Shown piece by piece: positions 37,070 through 51,600 of a stretch of DNA of 64,000 nt. The stretch covers positions 2,232,001 to 2,296,000 of the forward strand of contig NW_025767412.1 of NCBI RefSeq assembly GCF_003918875.1, written 5' to 3'. The notes below the pieces were generated by a model that made no database searches, was not told the origin of the DNA, and worked only from the letters and a program-made list of their open reading frames with translations. Position 1 is the first letter of the stretch. Each line of letters opens with the position of its first letter. The stretch comes from Haliotis rubra. Its lineage: Eukaryota. A program made the translations under genes and the position numbers.

Positions 37070-39913
37070 CAGACAGACAGACAGACAGTTTATTTGCGTA
37101 ATATCGGCCTAGTTGCCTATAATACAGTTATACAGTTGTATAAATCGATGTACAGTGGTCAAATGGATACAGCTCTTGTTTGGAATACATTATGCAGAAA
37201 TAAAGCAGTGAAATATATTACCTGACTGTTTCTTGATTTGAAAATAGATTCTAAAGTTAGTGGACCTTTATACACTTTTCGAAGTTGTACCAAATGTTTT
37301 TCTCGCCAACATTCGTAATATTTACAATAAAAAAAGACATGACTCTCGTCTTCAACTTCCAATGCATTACATACAGTGCACAAATATCCTGTTATGGAGA
37401 TATCTTTTGTAGATCTAAATTTGTTTATCTTCCGATTGTTATGGGAAATTCGTAATTTGCAGTACGCACATATTAAGTATTTGTTTTTCAATTCAGTGAT
37501 GTACGGTTCCAAGTGAAGGTCATATTTAAATTGTGAATAGTGGCTGAGAAACGTTGAGCTGCAAATATCATTATGCCAAGTCTTTTAGGCTATATCTTTG
37601 ATGCGTTGTTCGAAGGTTAGGGTGAATAGTGGCACATCGCCAACAGCTTGGTTTAACCATACATGTGAAAATCCGTTTTTGAATAAAATAGATCTCACAC
37701 TTGACACCCAATTAATTTTGCCCATATCGTCAAAAATTTTAAGCATCTTATAACACTGTATGGGATAACGTTGTTGATTCATGTGTAACAGTTTAAACCA
37801 AAACTTAATTACTTTGATCTGGCTGAAAACATACATTAGATAACGTCCAAGTTCACCGAGAATAGCCTTGTTAGAAGCAAATTTTCCAATTTTGAGAAAT
37901 CTTTTAAAATACGTCATTTGAATCCTTTCAATTGAATCTGAATATTTGTGTCCCCAAATTTCAGCTCCATAGAGTAGTATTGGTGCTATCTTCCTATCAA
38001 AAATAATCCCGGCCCGTTGAGTATGTAATTTCCTGTTTTTTCTTAAAGATTCTAAACACTGAAAGACAGGCTTTGTTTGCTTGTTGTGCAAGAGTTTCAC
38101 ACGCCTTTGTCCATATTAATCTTGATGAAAACACGATACCAAGATATGTATAGTAAGTTACAACCTCCATAGGCTGATTACCGAAGAACCATTTCTCCGA
38201 TTCCGCCAGAATTCCACCATTTCGAAATACGATGATATTTGACTTTCTAAAATTCAACTCCAATCCCCAATTTAAACAGAATGTCTCCAGGAGCCTTAGT
38301 TGTCGTTGAAGACCAATAACACTAGTGGCAAAAAGAACGATGTCATCGGCAAACATTAGTAGCAGCAGATCTTGTATATCCTGGGTAACGAACACTCCAC
38401 TGTTACAAGACATATACAGTTCAGTGGCAAATTCATTAATAAAAAGTATAAAACGTACGGGACTTAGGATACATCCTTGTCTTACTCCACTGGAGGTATC
38501 AAACGCTACTGTTCTTGAATTACCAACTTTAACACAGGCCTTCACTGATGCGTACATACTTTTAAGCAAGATAAGTAACTTTCCATGACATCAGAGACAA
38601 TATAATGGTCTCTGATGACATCCACGTTGCATTAATACATATAATAATTTATCCCTGTCCACAAAGTCAAATGCTTTTTTAAAGTCAATGAATCCGCAGT
38701 AGAAACTCCCTTTTGTTTTACCCAAATATTTGGAACACAATGCCTCTAGGGTAAATAAATGATCTGTAGGAGAATATTGGGGACGAAATCCTGCTTGACT
38801 TTCTGATATTAATTCATTAAGTTCAATCCATTTTCTAAGTCGTGACTCGATTATTGTTGTAAAGACTTTTCCCATAATATTTAGCAGTGAAACTCCTCTG
38901 TAGTTTAATGGCTCCGTCTTACCTCCGGACTTAAATAAAGGCAAGATCATTCCAATATTTCAGTGTGAGGGGAATATACCCTCTTCTAAGATCTTATTAA
39001 ATAACAACTTCAGATATGGAATTAGAAATTCCGATGATAGTTTATAAAGTTCCGGTGGTACCCCATCTACACCAGGTGTCTTCCCATTTTTCAGGTTAGA
39101 AATTGCATTTTTGATTTCTACTTCAGAAATTTCCTCATCGAGATAGATGTCCTGGTTAGCTAACCCATCACAGTCATGGCATGAATGGTGTTCTAGAAAG
39201 GTTTTAACATGTTCATCAAAGTCAGAGTTCGTTTCAGTTACTGTAGGATTCAATAACTTCTTAAAGTAACTCTGCCAGTCCTGAGTTTGAATTCGTGAAT
39301 CATTACTTGTGCAAAATGCTTGTTTTATCCTTTTCCAAAATTCCTTGCAATTTCCATGAGTTGCTGCATCGGTGATCTTGTCTGCTTCCTTCTTATCAAA
39401 TTCGATTTTCTTAAGTGTGCAACACTTTTTAAAGGCTCGTTTTGATTCTATGTAATCCCTTCGATTATCGTCACAGTTGAATTTCCTTAATTTGTGAAGG
39501 CATCTATATTTCATTGCTTTTAGTTGTTGGCAATCGTTATCAAACCAGGGTGGTTGTTTAAGAGTAGTTCGAACATTAGAAACGGTCGATCTGAGTTGTC
39601 TCCCTGTAGCAGCGACAATATATGACAGTGTGTCGACAGCACGGTTGATATCACCATCTAAATATTCCATGAATTCTGAAATCATCCCCATACATTTTGT
39701 CAGAGGTATACACATCAATGAAATGTTGTCTATCGCTATTGCTATAAACAAATCTTGGCACTTACAGAAGAGGTATACTAGGCGCAGCTTGGCTCGTCAC
39801 AGGCTAGATGACGTCACTAAGGAGCCATGATATAGGGAGATGATCAGACTCTGATCTCGGTACTACACACGTCGTGAATTCTAGAAAATAATTCACTCGA
39901 TACCAGTACATAG
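37070..39913 (-). mobile_element. 5'-truncated decayed non-LTR retrotransposon (RTE-X-like LINE), copy 1
   Basis: End of APE domain (YVLVSSELF, ESDHLPI); RT motifs PLNYRGVSLL, QAGFR, FIDFKKAFD, GVRQGCILSP, MFADD, YLGI; C-terminal CxxC..EDExH..C; AATAAA plus (CTGT)n tail; stops and frameshifts. Confidence 0.9.
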
Positions 39914-42664
39914 AACCAGTAATCATGTCTGTGTGAGAGTGCAGGATCCAGTAATCATGTCTGTGTGAGAGTGCCAGGATCCAGTAATCATGTCTGTGTG
40001 AGAGTGCAGGATCCAGTAATCATGTCTGTGTGAGAGTGCAAGAATCCAGTAATCATGTCTGTGTGAGAGTGCAAGGATACAGTAATCATGTCTGTGTGAG
40101 AGTGCAGGATCCAGTAATCATGTCTGTGTGAGAGTGCAGGAACCAGTAATCATGTCTGTGTGAGAGTGCAGGATCCAGTAATCATGTCTGTGTGAGAGTG
40201 CAAGGATCCAGTAATCATGTCTGTGTGGGAGTGCAGGAACCAGTAATCATGTCTGTGTGAGAGTGCAGGAACCAGTAATCATGTCTGTGTGAGAGTGCAA
40301 GGATACAGTAATCATATCTGTGTGGGTGTGCAGGAACCAGTTATCATATCTGTGTGGGAGTGCAAGGATACAGTAATCATATCTGTGTGGGAGTGCAGGA
40401 ACCAGTAATCATGTCTGTGTGAGAGTGCAAGGATCCAGTAATCATATCTGTGTGGGAGTGCAGGAACCAGTAATCATGTCTGTGTGAGAGTGCAGGATCC
40501 AGTAATCATGTTCTGTGTGAGAGTGCATCAGTAATGTCTGTGGGAGAGTGCAGGTGTGAGAACCAGTAATCATGTCTGTGTGAGAGTGCAAGAATCCAGT
40601 CATGTCTGTGTGAGAGTGCAGGATCCAGTAATCATGTCTGTGTGAGAGTGCAAGCATCCAGTAATCATATCTGTGTGGGAGTGCAGGAACCAGTAATCAT
40701 GTCTGTGTCTGTGGAGAGTGCAGGAACCAGTAATCATGAGAGTGCAGGATCCAGTAATCATGTCTGTGTGAGAGTGCAAGAATCCAGTAATCATGTCTGT
40801 GTGAGAGTGCAGGATCCAGTAATCATGTCTGTGTGGGTAATCATGTCTGTGTGGGAGTGCAGGAACCAGTAATCATATCTGTGTGAGAGTGCAGGAACCA
40901 GTAATCATGTCTGTGTGAGAGTGCAAGGATACAGTAATCATATCTGTGTGGTGTGCAGGAACCAGTTATCATATCATGTGTGGAGTGCAAGGATGTGTGA
41001 GAGTGCAGGAACCAGTAATCATGTCTGTGTGAGAGTGCAGGATCCAGTAATCATGTCTGTGTGAGAGTGCAGTGCAGTCTGAATCCAGTAATCATGTCTG
41101 TGTGGCAGAGTGCAGGAACCAGTAATCATGTCTGTGTGAGAGAGTGCAAGAATCCAGTAATCATGTCTGTGTGACAGTGCAGGATCCAGTAATCAGTAAT
41201 CATGTTCAGTGAGAGTGCCAGGATCCAGTCATGTCTGTGTGCGGAGAGTAATCATGTCTGTGTGGGAACCAGTAATCATGTCTGTGTGAGCGCAGGATCC
41301 AGTGCAAGGATCCAGTAATCATGTAATCATGTCTGTGTGGGAGGCAGGATCCAGTAATCATGTGTGAGAATACAGGATCCAGTAATCATGTCTGTGTGGG
41401 AGTGCAGGATCCAGTAATCATGTCTGTGTGGGAGTGCAGGATCCAGTCTGTGTGAGAGTGCAGGATCCAGTAATCATGTCTGTGTGGAGTGCTGAATCCA
41501 GTAATGCTGGATGAGAGTGCAAGGATCCAGTAATCATGTCTGTGTGGGAGTGCAGGATCCAGTAATCATGTCTGTGTGAGAGTACAGGATCCAGTAATCA
41601 TTTCTGTGTGAGAGTGCAGGATCCAGTAATCATGTCTGTGTGGGAGTGCAGGATCCAGTAATCATGTCTGTGTGAGAATGCAGGATCCAGTAATCATGTC
41701 TGTGTGGGAGTGCAGGATCCAGTAATCATGTCTGTGTGGGAATGCAGGATCCAGTAATCATGTCTGTGTGAGAGTGCAGGATCCAGTAATTATGTCTGTG
41801 CAGTACAGTAATCATGTCTGGCAGTGGGAGCAGGATCCAGGAAATCATGTCTGTGCTGGCAGGCAGCCAGGATCCAGTAATCATGTCTGTGTGGAGAGTG
41901 CAGGAGGAGTGCAGGAATCAGTAATCATGTCTGTGTGAGAGTGCAAGGATCCAGAAATCATGTTCTGGGGAGTGCTGCGAGTGCAGGATCCAGTAATCAT
42001 GTCTGTGTGGGAGCGCAGGATCATCATGTCTCTGTGCCAGAATCCAGTAATCATGTCTGTTCGTGTGAGAGTGCAAGGATACAGTACCATGTAAGTGCAG
42101 GATCCAGAAATCATGTCTGCGTGGGAGCTGCAGGATCCAGTAATTATGTTCGTGTGGGGAGTGCAGGATCCAGTAATCATGTCTGTGTGGGAGTGCCAGG
42201 GATCCAGTAATCATGTCTGTGTGGGAGTGCAGGATCCAGGAGTGCAGGATCCAGTAATCATGTCTGTGTGAGGAGTGCCAGGATCCAGTAAATCATGTCT
42301 GTGTGGAGCGCAGGATCCAGTAATTATGTCTGTGTGCAGGATCCAGTAATTATGTCTGTGTGGGAGTGCAGGATCCAGTGTCTGTGGATCCAGGATCCAG
42401 TATCATGTCTGTGTGGGAGTACAGGATCCAGTAATCATGTCTGTGTGGGAATACAGGATCCAGTAATCATGTCTGTGTGGGAGTGGCAGGATCCAGTAAT
42501 CATGTCTGTGTGGGAGTGGCAGGATCCAGTAATCATGTCTGTGTGGGAGTGCAGGATCCAGTAATTATGTCTGTGTGGGAGTGCAGGATCCAGTAATCAT
42601 GTCTGTGTGAGAGTGCAGGATCCAGTAATTATGTCTATGTGGGAGTGCAGGATCCAGTAATCAT
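39914..42664. repeat. 32/33-bp satellite array 2 (irregular centre)
   Basis: Same unit as array 1. Confidence 0.95.
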
Positions 42665-45600
42665 ATTAAGTATTTGTTTTTCAATATAGTGATGTACGGT
42701 TCCAAGTGAAGGTCATATTTAAATTGTGAATAGTGGCTGAGAAACATTGAGCTGCAAATATCATTATGCCAAGTCTTTTAGGCTATATCTTTGATGCGTT
42801 GTTCGAAGGTTAGGGTGAATAGTGGCACATCGCCAACATCTTGGTTTAACCATACATGTGAAAATCCGTTTTCGAATAAAATAGATCTCACACTTGACAC
42901 CCAATTAATTTTGCCCATATCGTCCAAAATTTTAAGCATCTTATAACACTGTATGGGATAACGTTGTTGATTCATGTGTAACAGTTTAAACCAAAACTTA
43001 ATTACTTTGATCTGGCTGAAAACATACATTAGATAACGTCCAAGTTCACCGAGAATAGCCTTGTTAAAAGCAAATTTTCCAATTTTGAGAAATCTTTTAA
43101 AATACGTCATTTGAATCCTTTCAATTGATTCTGAATATTTGTGTCCCCAAATTTCAGCTCCGTAGAGTAGTATTGGTGCTATCTTCCTATCAAAAATAAT
43201 CCCGGCCCGTTCAGTATGTAATTTCCTTTTTTCTTAAAGATTCTAAACACTGAAAGACAGGCTTTGTTTGCTTGTTGTGCAAGAGTTTCACACGCCTTTG
43301 TCCATATTAATCTTGATGAAAACACGATACCAAGATATGTATAGTAAGTTAAAACCTCCATAGGCTGATTACCGAAGAACCATTTCTCCGATTCCGCCAG
43401 AATTCCACCATTTCGAAATACGATGATATTTGACTTTCTAAAATTCAACTCCAGTCCCCAATTTAAACAGAATGTCTCCAGGAGCCTTAGTTGTCGTTGA
43501 AGACCAATAACACTAGTGGCAAAAAGAACGATGCAGCAGATCTTGTATATCCTGGGTAACGAACACTCCACTGTTACAAGACATATACAGTTCAGTGGCA
43601 AATACATTAATAAAAAGTATAAAAAAGTACGTGACTTAGGATACATCCTTGTCTTACTCCACTGGAGGTATCAAACGCTACTGTTCTTGAATTACCAACT
43701 TTAACACAGGCCTTCACTGATGCGTACATACTTTTAAGCAAGATAAGTAACTTTCCATGACATAAGAGACCGTATAATGGTCTCTGATGACATCCACGTT
43801 GCATTAATACATATAATAATTTATCCCTTTCCACAAAGTCAAATGCTTTTTTAAAGTCAATGAATCCGCAGTAGAAACGCCCTTTTGTTTTACCCAAATA
43901 TTTGGAACACAATGCCTGTAGGGTAAATAAATGATCTGTAGGAGAATATTGGGGACGAAATCCTGCTTGACTTTCTGATATTAATTCATTAAGTTCAATC
44001 CATTTTCTAAGTCGTGACTCGATTATTGTTGTAAAGACTTTTCCCATAATATTTAGCAGTGAAACTCCTCTGTAGTTTAATGGCTCCGTCTTACCTCCGG
44101 ACTTAAATAAAGGCAAGATCATTCCAATATTTCAGTGTGAGGGGAATATACCCTCTTCTAAGATCTTATTAAATAACAACTTCAGATATGGAATTAGAAA
44201 TTCCGATGATAGTTTATAAAGTTCCGGTGGTACCCCATCAACACCAGGTGTCTTCCCATTTTCAGGTTAGAAATTGCATTTTGATTTCTACTTCAGAAAT
44301 TTCCTCATCGAGATAGATGTCCTGGTTAGCTAACCCATCACAGTCATGGCATGAATGGTGTTCTAGAAAGGTTTTAACATGTTCATCAAAGTCAGAGTTC
44401 GTTTCAGTTACTGTAGGATTCAATAACTTCTTAAAGTAACTCTGCCAGTCCTGAGTTTGAATTCGTGAATCATTACTTGTGCAAAATGCTTGTTTTAGCA
44501 ACGAAACTCCTTTTCCTGTCCAAGAGCGTTCGTTGTGGTACTCTCGGATGGTAGTTCAAGAGGCGGAAGACATAAGACAGCAGTATAGTTGAAGACAGCA
44601 GCAGCCATGTTTATTATGGTTGGATAATAATGGTCGAAATGGTACATAAGATGGAAATCACGTGACAGAACGTACATCGGGACCGTGTGGCCAATGTTCC
44701 CGATGTGGAGACCCGCTCTGTCACTTACACACATTCAGAAGTCGGACGGAGATTCTTCGTCGTCGACGTAGTCGTTGGTGAGGCGACGGCCTTGGCTGAC
44801 GCCCCGACTAACCGCACAGTCCGTCCGCTTCGGTGGGTCATCTGGGCCCCTTTCGTCGCGTCGTCTCTGACTGGTCTCCCTGCTTGGTCTCCCTGAGTGA
44901 CCATGTGAGTCGGGTTTTATGCATAGGGACATTACGCCACGTTGTGCAAGGTCGTTAAGAATTAAGGGTCCTGCCCTGAGGGGGGTTTATGATAAGAGGG
45001 CTACACCGAATGATTGCTGAATACATTAAACAGACAAAGGGGATAGAATTTCGGTACACTTTGGATATATATGGAAACAATTAGGTTGTTTGAATATATG
45101 AAGTTTTACAGAAACTTATTGAAATGGTTTACTCTATGACAACACCCCTGAACGTCGTGGAGCTTTTGTCCTCAAAAGCGTTTTTTTTTGGAAAATAGTG
45201 ACAATATTGGATGTACAAGTATACAGTAAAATACATGGGACATTGACGGGTTGACAAATTTTTTGGTACAGGCATTGATCATAAGTCAAATGATCGTACT
45301 GGCATTAGATTAGTTATACAGGAACGTCAAGGTAATACATGAATCGAATTGTCAACATTGGTCAGGTGTATACACAAAACACAGGTGAGCGGAGATTCCA
45401 GCTCGTACAAAAATACATGTGAGCGGCTGTCCAGCTCGTACAAAACAAACATAATATTGGTCGTTTCCACCGAGAGGCAAACTCCTTCTCGCGGTCGTCC
45501 ATACAGTCGGAATACCTGACTGATAAGTACACACAAAAACATAATGTGTATAATACGTCGTCGTTTGCATATGAATATAATATTTTCATGACAACAGTAA

Positions 45601-47570
45601 GATCTTTGAAATTGGGAGTCTTATATTGGTGAGCCTAGACTCGGCAAGGCTAGCAGATGTAGATGTGATCTGCACTAAAAGTAGAATTGGCATGAGAAAA
45701 AAAATAAACCTAACCAACTTCAAAAGTCTAACCGAAAGTTAATGAAAAATTAATTCAAGTGAAATTGGCTTGAAGATATTTTAGCGAATTGTATATTGTG
45801 TGCCAGAGACCATAAAAGTATTATGCACAAGGATACTAAATTTTCGCCGGTATCATAATTAAGCACAAAAACACGTTGGCAAAAAGAAGAAGTAGGATAT
45901 AGACTGGATAATCAGTCTCCACTAAATAAGCTTGGTAAGCCATAACTTATTATACTTCTACGACTACTATTACCACATGAAAAGATTTAGCCGTTTTTCA
46001 CAAAGAGTAAATATGGTATTGCATTACTCGTTATAAGTTATTGTCATAGCAATAGTTATAGAGGAACAAATTATCAGAAAAATCCTTGAAACCGGGAGTC
46101 TGATTTGAATGGGACGACTCGGAACCCGCAGATAGCGTTGATCTGCATTAAATGCGTACATGCGTAGGGCGTAGTATATGTAGTAGAGTAAGAGCCTAAC
46201 CGATTTCAAAAACTTAATCTAATAAAGATGTACGTCTCATAACATCACATACAGATTGCAATATATACTCAATAGATGAAAAATACGACAAATATAAACG
46301 CACGTGAAACAATGACTGGAGAGGATTCCACATACCTGGCATGAACAAGAATGCCCGAGAGAAACGTATAAACACAAAAACGTTGAGAGAGTTCGAACAA
46401 AAGTTCACATACATTGTCACACACACATAACGGGAAGCACTTGCTGAAGAATCTTGACGCTTGATGACTTGATCTTGAAGGATGGTTTGAAAGCTGTTGT
46501 ACTCACAAATGGACTTTGCTCGGTCTGGTTGTTGTTGTGGATGACTTTGTGAAGTTTGCTGGCTATGGGCTGCTGTCTCGCTGATGATCGTCGGGTCGGC
46601 TGGTGTGTCTGTATGTTGTGTTCTCCGTTCTTCCGCCAAGATGGCGGCCGGCGTTGACGCTGCTCTTGTCTACCACCATCTCTGAACTACCCGTTGCTTT
46701 GCTGCGAGTTAGGGTAGGGGAATCGTGCGTGAGTCACAGCAAACTCACGCTACCCGGATATTTCTCCACCATCTGTCCAAGAGCGTTCGTTGTGGTACTC
46801 TCGGATGGTAGTTCAAGAGGCGGAAGACATAAGACAGCAGTATAGTTGAAGACAGCAGCAGCCATGTTTATTATGGTTGGATAATAATGGTCGAAATGGT
46901 ACATAAGATGGAAATCACGTGACAGAACGTACATCGGGACCGTGTGGCCAATGTTCCCGATGTGGAGACCCGCTCTGTCACTTACACACATTCAGAAGTC
47001 GGACGGAGATTCTTCGTCGTCGACGTAGTCGTTGGTGAGGCGACGGCCTTGGCTGACGCCCCGACTAACCGCACAGTCCGTCCGCTTCGGTGGGTCATCT
47101 GGGCCCCTTTCGTCGCGTCGTCTCTGACTGGTCTCCCTGCTTGGTCTCCCTGAGTGACCATGTGAGTCGGGTTTTATGCATAGGGACATTACGCCACGTT
47201 GTGCAAGGTCGTTAAGAATTAAGGGTCCTGCCCTGAGGGGGGTTTATGATAAGAGGGCTACACCGAATGATTGCTGAATACATTAAACAGACAAAGGGGA
47301 TAGAATTTCGGTACACTTTGGATATATATGGAAACAATTAGGTTGTTTGAATATATGAAGTTTTACAGAAACTTATTGAAATGGTTTACTCTATGACACT
47401 ATAAACAAATCTTGGCACTTACAGAAGAGGTATACTAGGCGCAGCTTGGCTCGTCACAGGCTAGATGACGTCACTAAGGAGCCATGATATAGGGAGATGA
47501 TCAGACTCTGATCTCGGTACTACACACGTCGTGAATTCTAGAAAATAATTCACTCGATACCAGTACATAG
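42665..47570 (-). mobile_element. LINE copy 2 (3'-truncated; segments 42665-44516 and 47399-47570), interrupted by an LTR element
   Basis: Near-identical to 37470-39336 and 39742-39913 of copy 1. Confidence 0.9.
44517..47398 (-). mobile_element. Non-autonomous LTR retrotransposon, 2.88 kb, with 625-bp LTRs
   Basis: Direct repeats 44517-45141 and 46774-47398, both TG...CA. PBS TGGTGGAGA at 46771-46763 (-). Weak PPT at about 45142-45152. Short gag-like start at 46639; no pol. Confidence 0.9.
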
Positions 47571-48570
47571 AACCAGTAATCATGTCTGTGTGAGAGTGCA
47601 GGATCCAGTAATCATGTCTGTGTGAGAGTGCCAGGATCCAGTAATCATGTCTGTGTGAGAGTGCAGGATCCAGTAATCATGTCTGTGTGAGAGTGCAAGA
47701 ATCCAGTAATCATGTCTGTGTGAGAGTGCAAGGATACAGTAATCATGTCTGTGTGAGAGTGCAGGAACCAGTAATCATGTCTGTGTGAGAGTGCAGGAAC
47801 CAGTAATCATGTCTGTGTGAGAGTGCAAGAATCCAGTAATCATGTCTGTGTGAGAGTGCAAGGATCCAGTAATCATGTCTGTGTGAGAGTGCAGGAACCA
47901 GTAATCATGTCTGTGTGAGAGTGCAGGAACCAGTAATCATGTCTGTGTGAGAGTGCAAAAACCAGTAATCATGTCTGTGTGAGAGTGCAGGAACCAGTAA
48001 TCATGTCTGTGTGAGAGTGCAAGAATCCAGTAATCATGTCTGTGTGAGAGTGCAGGATCCAGTCATCATGTCTGTGTGAGAGTGCAAGGATACAGTAATC
48101 ATATCTGTGTGGGAGTGCAGGAACCAGTAATCATGTCTGAGGGAGTGCCAGGATCCAGTAATCATGTCTCTGAGGGAGTGCCAGGATGCAGTAATCATGT
48201 CTGTGAGGGAGCGCCAGGATGCAGTAACCATGTCTGAGGGACCAGGATCCAGTAATCATGTCTCTGAGGGAGTGCCAGGATCCAGTAATCATGTCTCTGA
48301 GGGAGTGCCAGGATCCAGTAATCATGTCTCTGTGAGGGAGTGCCAGGATCCAGTAATCATGTCTGTGAGGAGTGCCAGGATCCAGTAATCATGTCTGTGA
48401 GGGAGTGCCAGGATCCAGTAATCATGTCTGTGAGGGAGTGCAGGATCCAGTAATCATGTCTGTGAGGGAGTGCCAGGATCCAGTAATCATGTCTGTGAGG
48501 GAGTGCCAGGATCCAGTAATCATGTCTGTGAGGGAGTGCCAGGATCCAGTAATCATGTCTGTGTGCGAGT
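47571..48570. repeat. 32/33-bp satellite array 3
   Basis: Same unit; its first monomers match the start of array 2 variant for variant. Confidence 0.95.
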
Positions 48571-51500
48571 ACAAGGATCGTACAGAGCCTGAAGCAAATA
48601 TATCCAAGAAAGCCCACGCAAGTCTCGAAAATGTGGCAAGTCTAGATTTCCACAGCTTAAGTCCCTGGGCTCCTTTTTATTGTATTTACAATCTTAATTT
48701 CAAAACTTTTATTTTCTGTAAAATATGTTCATTTCAGAGACTAGCTGTTAGTCAAGCCTGACTAGTGCCAGGATCCAGTAGTATGTCAGCTAAAGCTGTG
48801 CCAGGCTCCGTTAGTCTTGTGTGTGATAGCAATACGATGCTTCCAGATCAAACTCACTCACTCAATCAAAATGAACATGTTGTTGTCTCATCAATCTCGC
48901 AATGACTGTACTGAGTCACTCTGGTTATTTAGACTTCTTAATAGTCCGCAGATGGCTACTGCCCCTGACTTGACCACCACAGTTTGAAAACTTCATCAAA
49001 CTCTCACCTGGACTTGATTGTTTACCACGCCACCTAGCTGCAGCATGAATTTATTTACTCATTCACTCACTCATTGAAAAGGACACTTAAAAATACTAAC
49101 AAAACATAAAATACTAATGGATGTTATTGTAACAGAATTTGTTATTGAATACATAAATAGACTAAAAGGAATAAATAGATATTAATATAACATGAATAAA
49201 TAATTTCAAAATGAAGTAATACTATCAAACATGGAATGTAAAGGTATGTACTGAAGCCCTAAAGTATAGATATGCTCAACATGTCAAATTAAGGGTGAAA
49301 GTCCCCAGCAACTCAATAAATATTCAAGAGTGATTAAGATTACAGAATCTGAAAAAGTCAAAGATCTGTATAGTGTGGTACACTTATCACCTAAATCCAA
49401 TCCCATATTGTCCTTTGGCTTTGATGATCTTTGTAATAGGCACCACAAGAATAACAAGCGACCATAGGTAACCATATTATCAGGTGATTGAGTTTTACAC
49501 AGCTTTTAGAATATTCCAGCAAAATCAAGGAAGGGGACACAAGAAATTGGTTATACACATGACCACATTAGAAGATAATGACTAATTTCACATGACACAA
49601 ATATAAAAATATTGAAAAATTTTAAATGCGATGGCCCAACTTATAAGTAACTTCGATATATTTCATCCATATTATGAAATCAATGTTTCACAAACTAATG
49701 GATAGTCAAGAACATGCATAATGATGCATCCCCCATACCAGGTGAGCTAAAAACACCAAATTTGATAAAAGATTTATTTTTTTTAAAAACAGATTAAAAA
49801 AATATGTTGACATAAATATTTATTTCAATCATATATTTTTCAAGGTAAATGATGGTAGAATCATGATGCTAAGAGATGTTATAAATATATTGCTCGCAGA
49901 AATCTATTCCTGTTGAAATCAGAATATCCATGGCACAAAAGCTGAACAAACTCATATTTGATCACATTCTCACATTTTATATTATAAATATAATGTTAAC
50001 AAGTACATAGGGATTTGACATGACATTGTTGTGACATAATAAAGATACTTGAGGCTTAGGAACATCTTCACTTAACAATGATCACCTACAACATATAACA
50101 TGGCATATATCAGCAGAACATTTGGCACTGTCAACAAAACAACATATATCAAGTGATATTCAACCATTATATTAGAAGGAACAGGTTAGTGGGAACCTGT
50201 TCCAACCCAAATGATAAGGATGAAAATGCTTACTTGTGCTTGGACAAATAAACTTTTAAAATCTTATTTGTCCATATGTATATCCTCCTTGTCAAGAATT
50301 CAATTGACAGTGTCTCTTTTAAGTATGTATTTAGTTTTTCATGAGGATATGTGTTAAACCTAAGTTTGAATGGGATGTCAGTAGAATTACTAATCACAAA
50401 ACTGTTACTGAGTTTAGAAATTGCTCAGGTAAACATGCGATTGGAATACGCTTAACAGTAGTTGAATAGTACTCACCAGATCACAGCCCTGATCCACTGA
50501 GCGACCCATGAACTACTTCATGGGAGCAATCTTTACAAGTAACTGTTACATGCTCCAGCATGAGTATATACATTGTCTTGGGATATTAACAGGATTCACA
50601 GTGTGAAAAGGAGTACATAACTGCCATGTATTTATTCTAAGTCACTTCAGTAAATGCTGGATTAGGGTTGGTTAATCAAAGTCATTCAGAGGTATATAAT
50701 CACGTTATATACCTCTGTTTTTCCAACACAGTATGTATATTTTATAATCTTAATAAAGCAGTTATGGTAGAATGAAGATAAACGTACTGTGTTGAATTTC
50801 AGCAACCAAATTCCTTATCCATTGATCAATATCCATTGATCTCCGATGACAAAACTGATTTAGTATGATTGGTTTCATTATTAATAATAAACACCCCTAT
50901 GTAAACGTTCTGACATCCAAGGGAGCTTATGCTGAAAACACTGAATCAACAGATGACCTTACAATACTTATAATGTACCAGTGTATTATCCACATGCACA
51001 ACAACAATGGGGAATAATTACACCGCTAATGGCTTGTTGGAATTCCAGGGCTGAATAGGTCCCAGTATCTTGTGTCACTGGGGATTGGATGGTAAGACTT
51101 TGTTACTGATTGTATCAGTGTACTCACACAGTATGCCTTTCATGCTATCAACCACAGGTTTGCCTGGCCCAGTTTAATCACAGACCACAGGGATCTAACT
51201 GGAATATTGCTGATTTGTCAAACAAACAAACAAACAAACAAGACACCAGTGGTAAAACTATTTTACATACAGCACTTGATACAGTTACTGCTCACTCACT
51301 CACTCACTAAAAGCCTTCTTCAATGAGATGCCAGCACTTTCTTGCTTTTCATATAAATAGACTCTCAAGTATAAATAGTGTTCATCCCTTGGGGAGTCCA
51401 GGTTTGAATTGGAGTCCAGCAACCTATGCTTGTCATTAGCAAATGATTAGAGGCAACTTGATGGATCGTGTCGTCTTGATCTGGGACTATTTTGTTCCAT

Positions 51501-51600
51501 TTCTAGATGTCATTTTATTGCTGCAGAGGACATTTGAACAATGTATGCACATGGTACTTAAAGTAACAAGAGTCTTTGTTGTGTTAGCACTGGTTTTAAC

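Noticed and set aside
40442-42564. His-rich ORFs (HSHTDMITGS repeats)
   Set aside because: Translations of the 32-bp satellite in several frames.
44687-44932. Duplicated short ORFs (also 46944-47189)
   Set aside because: They lie within the LTRs and have no recognisable protein motif.
36028-48570. CRISPR array (32-bp repeats)
   Set aside because: Units are head-to-tail with no unique spacers, there are no cas genes, and the context is eukaryotic; it is a satellite. The same applies to 6019-6968 and 56560-57625.
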